Source of the DNA: Eledone cirrhosa
Lineage: Eukaryota
NCBI GenBank assembly: GCA_964016885.1
Contig: OZ024753.1
Coordinates: forward strand, 44,268,001-44,332,000
Length of the DNA stretch: 64,000 bases
Reading direction: 5' to 3'
Position 1 is the first letter of the stretch, and the number at the start of each line of letters is the position of its first letter. Below are positions 39,792-52,757 of this stretch, in pieces. The notes under the pieces were generated by a model. That model had not been told where the DNA came from. It did not search any database and was given only the letters and a program-made list of their open reading frames with translations. The position numbers and the translations under genes are program-made.

Positions 39792-40125
39792 AGGGCTGGA
39801 TTTAATGGTGGGGGGGGGGGGCATAGCAGTGGTGTTGTTGTTACAGCTCACACCTATGCAGGTTTAGCTGGCCACCTCCAAGTTTGTATCTCGTTGGAGG
39901 TGTCTTGGGTGATTTAATGATAGGGACCCCAGTCCTATCATCTCATTTCTACAGCTGTGTAAACTGGAGCAACATGAAATAAAGTGTCTTGCTCAAAGAA
40001 ACAACACATCACCCAGTCCGAGAATTGAACTCACAACCTTTCAATTGCAAGCCCAATGCTCTAACCACTAAGCAATGTGCCTTCACTAGCAGTGACAACC
40101 ATAGCAATTTATTTGTGCCCCCAGT
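39792..40125. mobile_element. Family H MITE fragment interrupted by a minus-strand tRNA-SINE (about 39830-40085)
   Basis: agggctggatttaatgg start and catagcaatttatttgtgccc continuation flank ctggagcaacatgaaataaagtgtcttgctcaaag...ctctaaccactaagc. Confidence 0.65.
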
Positions 40126-40292
40126 TGACCCTCCCCACCCCCCATTTAACTATCAATATTTTTTCTCCTATTTCCTGGCTTATATATGATTATATACAGT
40201 ACATCTTTCTGTATCATACAACTCTGGAGTAAAGCCATGTATATGCAATTTTTTTTTGTAAACTTGTGCTTTGTTATATATACATCAAAATC

Positions 40293-40605
40293 CAGGGTCA
40301 GATTTTGTACGGAGCAAAGGGAGCAATTGCCCTGGGCCCCCTGCACTGTGTGTGTGGGGGCACCAGTGATGGCCATAGCAATTTATTTCTGCCCTCAGCT
40401 GGTCTTTTTAGTTTTATGATAGTTAGATGTTTTGAATTTAATACCTGTCTGTATAACTTTACAATTCCAATTACTTGCACCGAGCTAACTTTGATTTATA
40501 AATTGGGGGGTTTACTGTGTATTCTAATTTTTTTAATATGAGCGGCAACTCCTCCCCACAAACTTAAAGTGCCTCAGGCCCTAAACAAATCTATACATAT
40601 TCCTG
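40293..40605 (+). mobile_element. Family H MITE, near full length
   Basis: CAGGGTCAGATTT ... TTCCTG. Colinear with 33174-33433. Confidence 0.75.
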
Positions 40606-40909
40606 AGTTTAGGATTTTCCTATATAATTAAGAATTAAAGTTTGATTATATGATTCTTAAAATTCCGTTTCTGAAGACAAGACAAAGTGGGCTTTCTAAA
40701 ATTTATAAATATTTGAGTAGATATTTCTGAATTGAATATCACAGGAATATGATAAAACAAATAATTCTTTATGGATAACATAACTACAACCTAAGACTCT
40801 CTATGGAACCATCAAATTATTTCTACAGCAGCCATCCACTTCATTCCAATTCTACTACTGTCAGTATTAAATGAAATCAATGAATTTAATATTTGTAACA
40901 ATTATTTAA

Positions 40910-41140
40910 CCATTCTGAAACCAAAATACCTGAAACTACTTCAGATTTTACGATACAAAGCTGTTTATATTTATCAAAAAGCTTTCCATCACAATTTTAT
41001 GTGAGAAATTTGTTAAGTTGTGCTTGAATCCTCAACTTAATAATGAAAAAGTTAGTTTAATCCCTCCAAATTCTCGATTATTTTCAAACATAAGTAAACC
41101 ACAAGAAGTGTTTTCCATTTGAAACATAGTAATGAAAGGG
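40910..41140 (-). mobile_element. piggyBac-type MITE family M2, full length, old
   Basis: TTAA|CCATTCTGAAACCAAAATACCTGA ... AGTAATGAAAGGG|TTAA. Colinear with 54314-54566 and the reverse complement of 48250-48503. Confidence 0.7.
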
Positions 41141-41464
41141 TTAATGCTATGGTTTAAGTGTTCTCTTCTAAAATATGTGGTTTCAGGCTTGGTTCTGCCA
41201 CTGCATGGAATCTTGGACAAGAGGTTTCTACTATAACCTCTGACAAACCAATATATTGTGAGAAACATCTGGTAGATAATGTGTGGAAGTGCATCATTTG
41301 TATGTGTGTGTGTGTGTGTATGTATGTGTATGTATGTGCATGTATGTGTATGTCAGTATATATAGTATCTGGTGGTTGACATCAAGGATAAAACTGTCAA
41401 GGCATGAAAATGTGTTCTTTCTTTCTTTTTCCTTCCATTTTCTCTTTGAAATTTGATAGCAAGA

Positions 41465-41765
41465 GAAATTAGAGTGTGTGTAGCTCAGAGATTAGAGAGT
41501 CACTCCAGGTAGAGCCACTACTTCTCCAAATTGAGAGATCTGCGATCTGCATATGGTTAGAATAATGTCTCAAGGACAGAATATCTTGATAGATTTTATG
41601 GGCAGAACCAACCAGCAGGAAACCTAGGGGTAAAACCCCGAACAAAATGGTTGGATAACTTCCATGAGTTTGGCTGGTCTTGCTTGGGGATCCAGCTGGA
41701 TCAATTGGCAACAGTTGCTTCTGACAGGATCCATTGAAAAGAGCAGCTCTACCTGGAGTAACTCT
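41465..41765 (+). mobile_element. Degenerate RTE-type LINE ORF2 C-terminal fragment
   Basis: cttctccaaattgagagatc...attttatgggca...aaaatggttggataac...gctggtcttgct is the reverse-complement homologue of 15938-16465. Confidence 0.8.
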
Positions 41766-42459
41766 CTCAGCTATTTTGGGGGAAGACATCACACTATATC
41801 AATATTTCCTCTTTTATAAACAAGAAGTCTTGTGCTTATATAAGAAATCAATATTCATTTATATTAAAGAATGAAAAACATTGTTGATTATTAATATGGT
41901 GAATAAATTTGTTGGTTGTTCAATAAAAATTCATTGTGTATTCAATTATCATCAACACCATCATCATCATTTATATCATCATCATTTATATCATCATCAC
42001 TATTGCTATCACTATAGACAATATTGCTTCACTGTTTATGATTATAAAGAATCTCTCTCTCTGTTTCTTTCTCTCTCGCTCTCTCTCTCTCTCTCTGTTT
42101 CTTTCTCTCTCGCTCTCTCACTCTCTCTCTCTCTCTCTCTCTATTGCTCTCTCACTCTCTCTCTCTCTCTCTATATATATATAGTATGTGTGTACGTGTA
42201 TAAAAACATATTTGAAGATCCTCCTTTTAGTAGGAATATGGTACAAAACAAAACAAAATACAACAACAACAAAAGAAATGTCAAAACTAATATGTCTTCC
42301 TGAAAATTGTTTTTTCAGAGAACTCTCCAACTATTTACTGAAAAAGGAAACATTTGTCAACTTAAATCCATAGTCATCATCGTCATCACCAACAACCAAA
42401 TAATTTTTAATCAACACTTTGAACTAACATAAATTTTACATTACTACTAACTAAAAACT

Positions 42460-42503
<44 letters not shown>

Positions 42504-43393
42504 ATAAACGATGATGATATTATCATGATGATGATGATATGATGATGATATAAACGATGATATGATATGATGATGATGATGATGATGACTAGTTGAAGAA
42601 CGTATTTGCTTAAAAGATTGCGGCAGTAAATATTATTCAATGGTGTTTACATATCTCTGTATTTCATACAGATATAGTTTTGCTTAATTGAATCTATCAC
42701 ATAGACCTCATTAATGAGTATTAGCGCTTGCTTTACCAATTACTAACTTAGTCATGTTTGATTTTTTTTTTAATCTGTAGTGTGTATTTAAGTAGCAGGG
42801 TTAGATGTATTTATTTCACATATTTTAGATGTAGTTTTGTCTCTGATCTTTCATCTTTCATCTTCGGTTCCTTTTTTTTTTTCTTTTTCTTTTTTCCATC
42901 AGATATGTCATATTTGTTGGAAAGCATTGAATGTCTGGTTGACTTTCTTCAAATAGTAGTTAGTTTTAGGGTTTTTTTTTTATTATTATTCTTTCATTCT
43001 TTAATTGGTTTCAGGTTTAGACTGTGGCCATACTGGAGCATTGCTTTTATTTAGTTGATTACATTGACATCTGTATTAGTGCATATTTAACATTTTTTTT
43101 TTTTTTTTTTTTTCAAGTCTGCTGTTTATTTTATCATTTTTGAAATTGATACCAAAATAAATAAACATTTACACAGACACACTCAAACATTCACACACTG
43201 ACACACACACTACATCGATACCATCGCCATCATCCTTTTTACAATCACATTTCCATACTGGCATGTGTGAGATTGGATGATTCGAGACAATGTTATACAC
43301 CTGGAAGCTCCTTTTGGTGGCAACCTTTTTAGTTACCTCTTATGACATGTAGGGATATGGTATGCCCATTCTAAAACCCAGGATCCACACAGC

Positions 43394-43811
43394 TTTTAGA
43401 ATAGGCATACCAGTTTTGAAAATAGGTATATCAGTTTTGAGAATAGGCACACCAGCTTTGAGAATAGGGTCACCAGTTTTGAGAATAGGCACACCAGTTT
43501 TGAGAATAGGCACACCAGTTTTGAGAATAGGCACACCAGCTTTTAGAATAGGCACACCTATTTTGAGAATAGGCACACCAGTTTTGAGAATAGGCACACC
43601 AGTTTTGAGAATAGGTACACCTATTTTGAGAATAGGCACACCAGTTTTGGGAATAGGCACACCAGTTTTGAGAATAGTCACACCTATTTTGAGAATAGGC
43701 ACACCTATTTTGAGAATAGGCACACCAGTTTTGATGAGAATAGGCACACCTATTTTAAGAATAGGTATATCAGTTTATAGACTAGGCACACTGGTTTTTA
43801 CAATAGGCACA
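43394..43811. repeat. 21-bp minisatellite, about 19 copies
   Basis: gaataggcacaccagttttga. Explains ORFs 43340-43747 and 43362-43988. Confidence 0.95.
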
Positions 43812-44094
43812 ATGGGCTTTTGTAGTTTCCATCTGCCAAATTCCGCTCACAAAACATTAATAGAAGATACTTGCTCAATATTTGAACCTAGAACTCCATG
43901 TTTACAGAGTGAACTCCTTAACCACACAGCCATACCTACACCACTCTTGCAAAAGACAAGAACATTTAAGGGATTAGCCTCTCAGTAGAAATGTTTTTAT
44001 CTTCTGTTATTTCTCTGTAACACTCTTTTTCTATGGTTTCCTTTAATGGAATATAGGTATTAGATTTTAAAACAAAGAATTGATATAGAGAAAA

Positions 44095-44652
44095 ATATAT
44101 ACACATATATTTATACACTTTATATACATACATATATACACTTATATTTATACACTTTATATACATACATATATACACTTTATATACACATATACATTTA
44201 TACCCTTTATATACACATATACATTTATACCCTTTATATACGCATATACATACATACACTTTATATACGCATATACATACATACACTTTATATACACACA
44301 TACACTTTATATACACATATACACACATACACTTTATATACATATATACACGTTATATACGCATATATATTTATATCCTTTATATACACATATACATTTA
44401 TACCCTTTATATACGCATATACATACATACACTTTATATACACACATACACTTTATATACACATATACACACATACACTTTATATACATATATACACGTT
44501 ATATACACATATACATGTATACACTTTATATACATATACACATATATACACTTTATATACACATATACATATATCATTTTATATACACTGTACATATATA
44601 CACTTTATATATTCTACACATTTATACACTTTATATACTGCATACACTTTCA
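44095..44652. repeat. Degenerate about 22-26-bp satellite (acactttatatacacatatac)
   Basis: Direct reading. Confidence 0.88.
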
Positions 44653-45194
44653 ACAGAAAGTTGTATTGAACATTTTCAGGTTTGTGTACTGCAAAGAAAA
44701 ACAAAACAAATGTGTGGAGGGGGTTTGTGTGTGTATGTATGTGTGCATGTGTGTGTGTGTGTCGGAGTATGTGTGAGTGTATATGTGTGTGTGTATTTAT
44801 GTATAGTGAAGGGAGTGTTTTACATACATACATTAAACAGTTAAACATTAACTAAATGTTCTCACAGTGGATGTGAGAAGAACATAGGTTAAGTTTTAAT
44901 ATCTGAAGAATAAAAGGTGGCAGTGTCTTCAATATTTTGGGCAATGGTGCCTCTTCAGACTTCAAATTTGAATCTTTCTGGTCTTCTTCTTGTATATGAG
45001 ACTGTTACTGTCTCAGGTTGTCTTTTCCTGATCAACAACAGAGATCAATGTTCAGTTTCCAGAGCCCTCTGTGAGGAGGATCAACAAATTGGGCCCCTTT
45101 TTTCTGATTAATTTATATCTCTAGTTCTCATGATTGGTTGTGGCATTTGAACTCAAACATAGGTTATTTTAAAGTCAGAATGAATTATCATCTA

Positions 45195-45584
45195 GAAACC
45201 GAGCAAGATGGTTAGACAACATGCATGAGCTTGGCTGGTCTCCCTTGGAGATCCAGCCAGATCAGTTGGAAATGGTTGCTTCTGACAGGACCCGTTAGGA
45301 GTGTTTAGGAACTCTTCCCCCATGACTCTCTCAGGAATAAGTGGGCGAAAAAGAAGATAATCACAAAGTAGTATTGTACTGTTCCATGTTGAACTAACAC
45401 AATGGTTAATGTAGTCCAAGATACACAATGTCCATATAAAGATGAGATGATCATAGCTGAAACACCTTTGGTCATCACTATTTTCAATCAGGGCAATTTT
45501 TAAAAATATTTTTTGGTGGGATTCTGGAGGTTTTGAGGACTCTGCTCTCACCCACGACCCTTTCAGGAATAAGTGGGAGAAGAA
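45195..45584 (+). mobile_element. Two RTE-type 3' ends (45195-45358, 45525-45584) with a SINE tail fragment between
   Basis: Both end tcaggaataagtggg(c/a)gaa. The middle piece atgtagtccaagatacacaat...gatgatcatagctgaa matches 47345-47405. Confidence 0.7.
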
Positions 45585-45873
45585 GGTAGTGTGTGTGCTC
45601 TTTGAGAAAGTAAAGAATTATGGCGTTTCTGAACTCAAGTAAACGTATTTAAGACTATTCAACAGAATTCGTAATATAATCGGCTTGTCTCCCCACAGCC
45701 ACGGCCGACAGAATGGAGAAGGTGTTTCCCCAGAGGACGGCAAGGGAGACGCGCTGGAAAAGCCACTCCAACTAGCGGGGAAGTTGTAGTAGAAATCCAT
45801 ATCGTTGAGCTGTCAAAGAGTTTCCTCCTTGTTAAGCTAATCCAGCAAAAAACACCATCAGTACTAGAAATAT

Positions 45874-46041
45874 TGGCTGATTTGATTGTAGTACCACTTC
45901 AGCTCCAGCTGTGGGGAGTGGTAACAAGTTGGTTGATTTGACTGTGGTACCACTTCAGCTCCAGCTGTGGGGAGTGGTAACAAGTTGGTTGATTTGACTG
46001 TGGTACCACTTCAGCTCCAGCTGTGGGGGGTGGTAACAAAT
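45874..46041. repeat. 56-bp minisatellite, 3 copies
   Basis: taccacttcag at 45892, 45948, 46004. Confidence 0.92.
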
Positions 46042-46299
46042 TCAGAGAATATCTAGTTGGAACAGCTTTGAGATTTTGCCATGTTTTTATCTTCTTACTG
46101 CAATAAAATGCTCTCTAATATATGATGTGCTCATAAAGAGGTTAAGTGCAGAAATGTGGCTCTTTAAAGGTGGTATTGATATTTTTATGCTTTAAGGCTA
46201 CAGCTTATTGCAACATTTCTATATAATCTATTTGGATAGTGGTGTTTTTTATAGGAATTTAGTTCTTCCTTCTGTTTCTGTTTATTCTCCTGCTGTGAT

Positions 46300-46432
46300 A
46301 ACCAACATTACTACCACCACCACCACCACCACCACCACCACTACTACTACAACCACTACTATTACCACTATCACTTCCACCACTACTATTACCACTATCA
46401 CTTCCACCACTACTACTATTACTACCACCACC

Positions 46433-46508
<76 letters not shown>

Positions 46509-47070
46509 TCACCACAGAGAACTACTAACACTATCACTAGCATCACTAATATCACACTATCACTTCTATAACTATCACAACTACCCCACCATCACTAACG
46601 ACACCACTACCACCATCACAACTACAAAATTATCACTTCTAAAACTTCTACTGTTACTTCACTACTACCACCACCACCACAACTAACACCCCCATCACCA
46701 CAACTACACCCCCATCTCTACTAACAACACTATTACTACCACTACCATAACTACACTACCATCACTAACAACACTACTACTGCCACCACAACTACACCCC
46801 CCCCCCCCCCATCTCTAACAACGCTACTACTACCACCACCACCACAACTACACTACCATCACTAACAAAACTACTACTGCCACCACAACTACACCCCCCC
46901 CCCCATCACTAACAACGCTACTACTACCACCACCACCACCACAACTACACTACCATCACTAACAAAACTACTACTACCCCTATCATAACTACACCACTAT
47001 TACTTCTTAATCCATTACTATCATCACAACTACCATACTATAGCATCATGAAACCTACTACTATCGTTGC
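46300..47070. repeat. Cryptic (ACT/ACC)n repeat with higher-order duplication
   Basis: Direct reading. Confidence 0.92.
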
Positions 47071-47442
47071 TACAACCATACTATGTGGTTATTTACCCTG
47101 TTAAGATCTCAACCATCACCACTACAGCTATACTATGTGACTATTTAACCTGTTGAGATATCTACTATCATCACTACAGCCATACTAAGTGGCTATTTAA
47201 CCTGTTGAGATATCTACTTTCATCACTACAGCCATACTAAGTGGCTATTTAACCTGTTGAGATCTCAGCCAAATTTCCCTCAAATTACACCTGCTGCCAT
47301 CTTGTAAAGAAAGTGTGTGTAGGTGGGGGGAGGGGGGCACTTAGGATAATGATGCCCTAGATACACAATTGCAGAAGAAAGGAAAGGATGATCATAGTTA
47401 GAATATCATTAACCAGAGCTGACCTGGGGCTAAACAACAACA
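47070..47442 (+). mobile_element. SINE 3' part with 52-bp unit amplified about 3.7 times at its left junction
   Basis: tacagc at 47123, 47175, 47227. Continues cagccaaatttccctcaaattacac...gctgacctggggctaaacaacaac tail. Confidence 0.7.
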
Positions 47443-47455
47443 GGAACTAACTGAA

Positions 47456-48503
47456 CTGTCTTTAAGATTTCCATTACCATATTTCTAATAAAAGACACTG
47501 CCTGTCTTTAAGACTTCCATTACCATATTTCTAATAAAAGACACTACCTGTCTTTAAGACTTCCATTACCATATTTCTAATGAAAGACACTACCTGTCTT
47601 TAAGACTTCCATTACCATATTTCTAATGAAAGACACTGCCTGTCTTTAAGACTTCCATTACCATATTTCTAATAAAAGACACTGCCTGTCTTTAAGACTT
47701 CCATTACCATATTTCTAATAAAAGACACTACCTGTCTTTAAGACTTCCATTACCATATTTCTAATGAAAGACACTGCCTGTCTTTAAGACTTCCATTACC
47801 ATATTTCTAATAAAAGACACTGCCTGTCTTTAAGACTTCCATTACCATATTTCTAATAAAAGACACTGCCTGTCTTTAAGACTTCCATTACCATATTTCT
47901 AATAAAAGACACTACCTGTCTTTAAGACTTCCATTACCATATTTCTAATAAAAGACACTGCCTGTCTTTAAGACTTCCATTACCATATTTCTAATGAAAG
48001 ACACTACCTGTCTTTAAGACTTCCATTACCATATTTCTAATGAAAGACACTGCCTGTCTTTAAGACTTCCATTACCATATTTCTAACGAAAGACACTGCC
48101 TGTCTTTAAGACTTCCATTACCATATTTCTAACGAAAGACACTGCCTGTCTTTAAGACTTCCATTACCATATTTCTAACGAAAGACACTGCCTGTCTTTA
48201 AGACTTCCATTACCATATTTCTAACGAAAGACACTGCCTGTCTTTAAGACTTCCATTACCATATTTCTAATGAAAGACACTGCCTATAACTTTTAAATAA
48301 TTTTGAAAGTAATAAAGAATTTTGAATGATTTAGAAATATAACTAGCTTCTATGTTATTAAACTGGAGTTTGGAACATAACTTAACAAAGGTTCTTTGAT
48401 AAAATTATGCTGGAAGGTCTTTAGATAAATACAAACACTTTAAAACAATCAGTTTTATATCAGAGAATGAAGGGTGGTTTCAGGTAGTTTGGTATCAAAA
48501 GGG
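47456..48503 (+). mobile_element. MITE M2 whose left end is amplified as a 46-bp minisatellite (about 18 copies, 47456-48285)
   Basis: Unit ctgtctttaagacttccattaccatatttctaat(a/g)aaagacactgc. accatatttctaatgaaa is the reverse complement of 54536-54553. Right end ggtagtttggtatcaaaaggg|TTAA. Confidence 0.82.
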
Positions 48504-48817
48504 TTAAAATTATTTGTGATACACAGTTTTATGTTTTAGATAAGATGTGAACTACTTGTTTCTAAAATTGACTTATTGCGCAGTATTGCAAGAGAAGTTG
48601 TCATAGCTGAAATATCAGTGGCCATAGGTCAGATATGTCACAGTTAACCAGTGACCATAGCTGGATTGTCAGTGACTCTAGGTCAGATGTGTCACAGCTA
48701 ATCAGTGTCATAGCCAGAATGTTAGTGGCCATTGGTCAGATGTATCACAGCTAACCAGGGTCTAAACAAGAGCAACTCAGTGACCATAGGTCACAGCAAA
48801 CAAAAAATGGTGGAGCT

Positions 48818-49741
48818 CAACCAGAGAGAGATTCCTCTAATAGGAGTGAGGAGGCCCTGGATTGGAGATTAGATGTAGGCCAACCAGAGAGGGGTTCCTT
48901 TAATAGGAGTGAGAAGGCCCTGGATTGGAGATTAGATGTAGGGCAACCAGGGAGGGGTTCCTTTAATAGGAGTGAGAAGGCCCTGGATTGGAGATTAGAT
49001 GTAGGGCAACCAGGGAGGGGTTCCTCTAATAGGAGTGAGAAGGCCCTGGATTGGAGATTAGATGTAGGGCAACCAGGGAGGGGTTCCTTTAATAGGAGTG
49101 AGAAGGACCTGGATTGGAGATTAGATGTAGGGCAACCAGGGAGGGGTTCCTTTAATAGGAGTGAGAAGGCCCTGGATTGGAGATTAGATGTAGGGCAACC
49201 AGAGAGGGGTTCCTTTAATAGGAGTGAGAAGGCCCTGGATTGGAGATTAGATGTAGGGCAACCAGAGAGGGGTTCCTTTAATAGGAGTGAGAAGGCCCTG
49301 GATTGGAGATTAGATGTAGGGCAACCAGAGAGGGGTTCCTCTAATAGGAGTGAGAAGGCCCTGGATTGGAGATTAGATGTAGGCCAACCAGAGAGGGGTT
49401 CCTTTAATAGGAGTGAGAAGGCCCTGGATTGGAGATTAGATGTAGGGCAACCAGAGAGGGGTTCCTTTAATAGGAGTGAGAAGGCCCTGGATTGGAGATT
49501 AGATGTAGGGCAACCAGAGAGGGGTTCCTTTAATAGGAGTGAGAAGGCCCTGGATTGGAGATTAGATGTAGGGCAACCAGAGAGGGGTTCCTTTAATAGG
49601 AGTGAGAAGGCCCTGGATTGGAGATTAGATGTAGGCCAACCAGAGAGGGGTTCTTCTAATACGAGTGAGAAGGCCCTGGATTGGAGATTAGATGTAGGCC
49701 AACCAGAGAGGGGTTCTTCTAATACGAGTGAGAAGGCCCTG
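48818..49741. repeat. 63-bp minisatellite, about 14.7 copies
   Basis: caaccag starts every 63 nt from 48818 to 49700 with no indels. Confidence 0.97.
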
Positions 49742-50019
49742 AATTATACCAGCTTGGATTGGATTAGACAGAAAAAATGGCTGGTTTAGAGTTTTGACTT
49801 CTTGTTCAGTATCACCTTAACTCAGACAATATCAATATATTTTTTATAGACATTTCAGCTCAAGACTTATCTCCATTCTTCTGAAACTTTATGAAAGTGT
49901 CCTTTTATATATGTAATAACTCAAATGTCAGTTGAATAAAATCTCTTCTATGAGAAGCCAAGTGACAGCTGGTCCAAATTTTCTATCAATATCTTGTCAA
50001 AAATAAAGAGAACACACAA

Positions 50020-50645
50020 AGATGTGTGTGCGTATATGTGTACATATATGAGTATGTATGCACCTGTGAGCATGTTTGCAAGTATATGTATGTGTATGTG
50101 TGTTTATATGTTTATATGTGTACATGTATGTATGTATGTCTGTATGTATATGTATGTGTATGTGTGTCTGTATGTATATGTATGTGTATGTGTGTTTATA
50201 TGTTCATATGTGTACATGTATGTATGTATGTATGTATATGTATGTGTATGTGTGTTTATATGTTCATATGTATATATGTATGTCTGTATGTATATGTATG
50301 TGTATGTGTGTTTATATGTTCATATGTGTACATGTATGTATGTATGTCTGTATGTATATGTATGTGTATGTGTGTTTATATGTTCATATGTGTACATGTA
50401 TGTATGTCTGTATGTATATGTATGTGTATGTGTGTTTATATGTTCATATGTGTACATGTATGTATGTATGTCTGTATGTATATGTATGTTTATATGTGAG
50501 TATATGTTCATAGGTGTGCATGTATGTATGTATGTCTGTATGTATATGTATGTGTATATGTTCATATGTATGCATATGTTTGTGTGCATGTATGTATGTG
50601 TATATGTATGTGTATATGTATGGGTATATGTGTGTGTGTATATAT
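50020..50645. repeat. (TATG)n/(TG)n compound repeat with about 60-bp higher-order unit
   Basis: gtgtgtttatatgttcatatgtgtacatg recurs. Confidence 0.9.
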
Positions 50646-50768
50646 CAGTGTGTAGGAGTTTGCGTTATAGTTTATATGAGAAGGTTAAACAAAATTGAAA
50701 TCTTACTAATTTTTCTTTCTTTGTCTTTTTGTGCCAATATTGTTGTATATAATTTCATATATATATAT

Positions 50769-50880
50769 ATAGGAAAAAGTATGACCCCGACGGCAGAGCT
50801 CAAGCCATTTCGAGGGCTATTTCCAGAAATAGCCGTCGAAACGGCTTGAGCTCTGCCGTCAGGGTCATACTTTTTCCTAT
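50769..50880. repeat. Near-perfect palindrome (55-bp arms, 2-nt loop), probably a non-autonomous palindromic DNA element
   Basis: ataggaaaaagtatgaccccgacggcagagctcaagccatttcgagggctatttc-ca-gaaatagccgtcgaaacggcttgagctctgccgtcagggtcatactttttcctat, with 3 mismatches. Confidence 0.95.
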
Positions 50881-50956
50881 TTCCCACTCTACTACCCTAA
50901 GTATTGAGTACTCTGGAGCGTTATGGTCCATCTGGTTCCTTACCACAATTCCTTTG

Positions 50957-51011
<55 letters not shown>

Positions 51012-51016
<5 letters not shown>

Positions 51017-51123
51017 CTATGCGAGCAAGATAATCACTCTTGCCTCAAGTGGGAAAACCCCCGTCCAAACCCATGCAAGCGTGGAACACGGACGTTAAAC
51101 GTTGATGATGATGATGATGATGA
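51012..51123 (+). mobile_element. Heavily 5'-truncated RTE family B tail
   Basis: agtcctatgcgagcaaga...acccatgcaagcgtggaacacggacgttaaac(gat)n, near-identical to 14136-14248. Confidence 0.9.
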
Positions 51124-51260
51124 TATGCAGAGGTTATATTTAATTTGTTGGGATTCAACAAGCTTAAACATGTTTATAACTGATATAAAGCATTCAACAA
51201 GTTAGTCGAGTAAATATACAATATATTAATAAATGGAAACTATATTTATAAAGCCATAAT

Positions 51261-51326
51261 TATTTTATTATATATATTTCAAGGGTGACCAAGGTAAATT
51301 ATGGTGCGCTTTCATCAGATAAAATA
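51261..51326 (-). ncRNA. Type I hammerhead ribozyme motif
   Basis: Minus strand: TATTTTAT|CTGATGA|AAGCGCACC-12nt-GGTCACCCTT|GAAA|TATATA|TA|ATAAAATA. Perfect 8-bp stem I, imperfect stem II, palindromic stem III, AUA triplet. Confidence 0.65.
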
Positions 51327-51402
51327 CAGATTTGTTTTATAAATAAATATTGACATACCTGGAAAAAAGACAACCTCAATGGTTGAAATTTGCTGGATAG
51401 TC

Positions 51403-51497
<95 letters not shown>

Positions 51498-51561
51498 AGA
51501 TTTAATCAAGGTAGTGATTAAATCTTAACCATTTAACATCTCAGGGTATGTCATGTATCAT

Positions 51562-51620
51562 TATATTTTGTCTGATGAGGACGTACTGTTGTACATCTGA
51601 AATATGTATAACAAAATGTA
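51562..51620 (+). ncRNA. Type I hammerhead ribozyme motif
   Basis: TATATTTTGT|CTGATGA|GGACGTAC-tgtt-GTACATCT|GAAA|TATGTA|TA|ACAAAATGTA. 10-bp stem I, 8-bp stem II with one mismatch, near-palindromic stem III. Predicted cut after A51610. Confidence 0.8.
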
Positions 51621-51759
51621 ATTGATCAAAAGAACATCTATTTTATTAATATTTATATTTTAATATTAATAACTCCGGAAAATAATTTCCCGTAGAGTGC
51701 TTCTAATCTACTGTAAAACTCATTCTTTGACATAATCATTGAATATCGTTTAACACTTT

Positions 51760-51844
51760 AATATATATATATAATATATGTATGTATGTATATATATATA
51801 TATATGTATGTATGTATATCTCTCTCTCTATATATATATATATG

Positions 51845-51891
<47 letters not shown>

Positions 51892-52022
51892 GTATATCTC
51901 TCTCTATATATATATATATGTATGTATATATATAAATATATATATATGTATGTATGTATGTATATCTCTCTCTCTATATGTATATATGTATGTATGTATA
52001 TGTATATATATATGTATGTATG

Positions 52023-52055
<33 letters not shown>

Positions 52056-52084
52056 GTATATCTCTCTCTCTCTATATATATATG

Positions 52085-52145
<61 letters not shown>

Positions 52146-52757
52146 GTATATCTCTCTCTCTCTATATATATATGTATATATATATATATATAAATATATA
52201 TCATCAGCAGCATTTTTGTGTCGATTTCTCCACACTTGCATGGGTTGGACATATATGGTTGTGTGTATGTGTATGCATATATGTATTTATGTATGTATCG
52301 ATGTGTATGTAAGTATGTATGTAGGTAGATATGTAGGTATGTATGTATCGATGTGTATGTAAGTATGTATGTAGGTATGTATGTAGATATGTATGTATCG
52401 ATGTGTTTGATTATGTATCTATCTATGTATATATGTCTATATGCAAATATAAGTATGTATCTATGTATGTATATATGTCTATGTACATATATATAAGTAT
52501 GTATTCATGTATATGTATATATATATATGTATCTATGTATGTATATATGTCTATGTACATATATATATAAGTATGTATTTATGTATGTATATATGCCTAT
52601 GTGCATATATAAGTATGTATCTATGTATGTATATATGTGTGTATATTTATGTATCTATATAGTATATATGTCTATGTGTATATATATAAGTATGTATCTA
52701 TGTATGTATATATGTGTGTATATTTATGTATCTATATATCTATATATTTATGTATGT
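51760..52757. repeat. 1-kb compound (TA)n/(TATG)n/(CT)n microsatellite
   Basis: Direct reading. A short RTE tail remnant lies at about 52200-52255. Confidence 0.95.

Noticed and set aside
43340-43988. 135-aa and 208-aa heptad-repeat ORFs
   Set aside because: A 21-bp minisatellite open on both strands, running into a SINE remnant.
44925-44965. Minus-strand CTGAAGA-GGCA(ccat)TGCC hammerhead-like motif
   Set aside because: GAAA is replaced by CAAAA and stem I does not pair.
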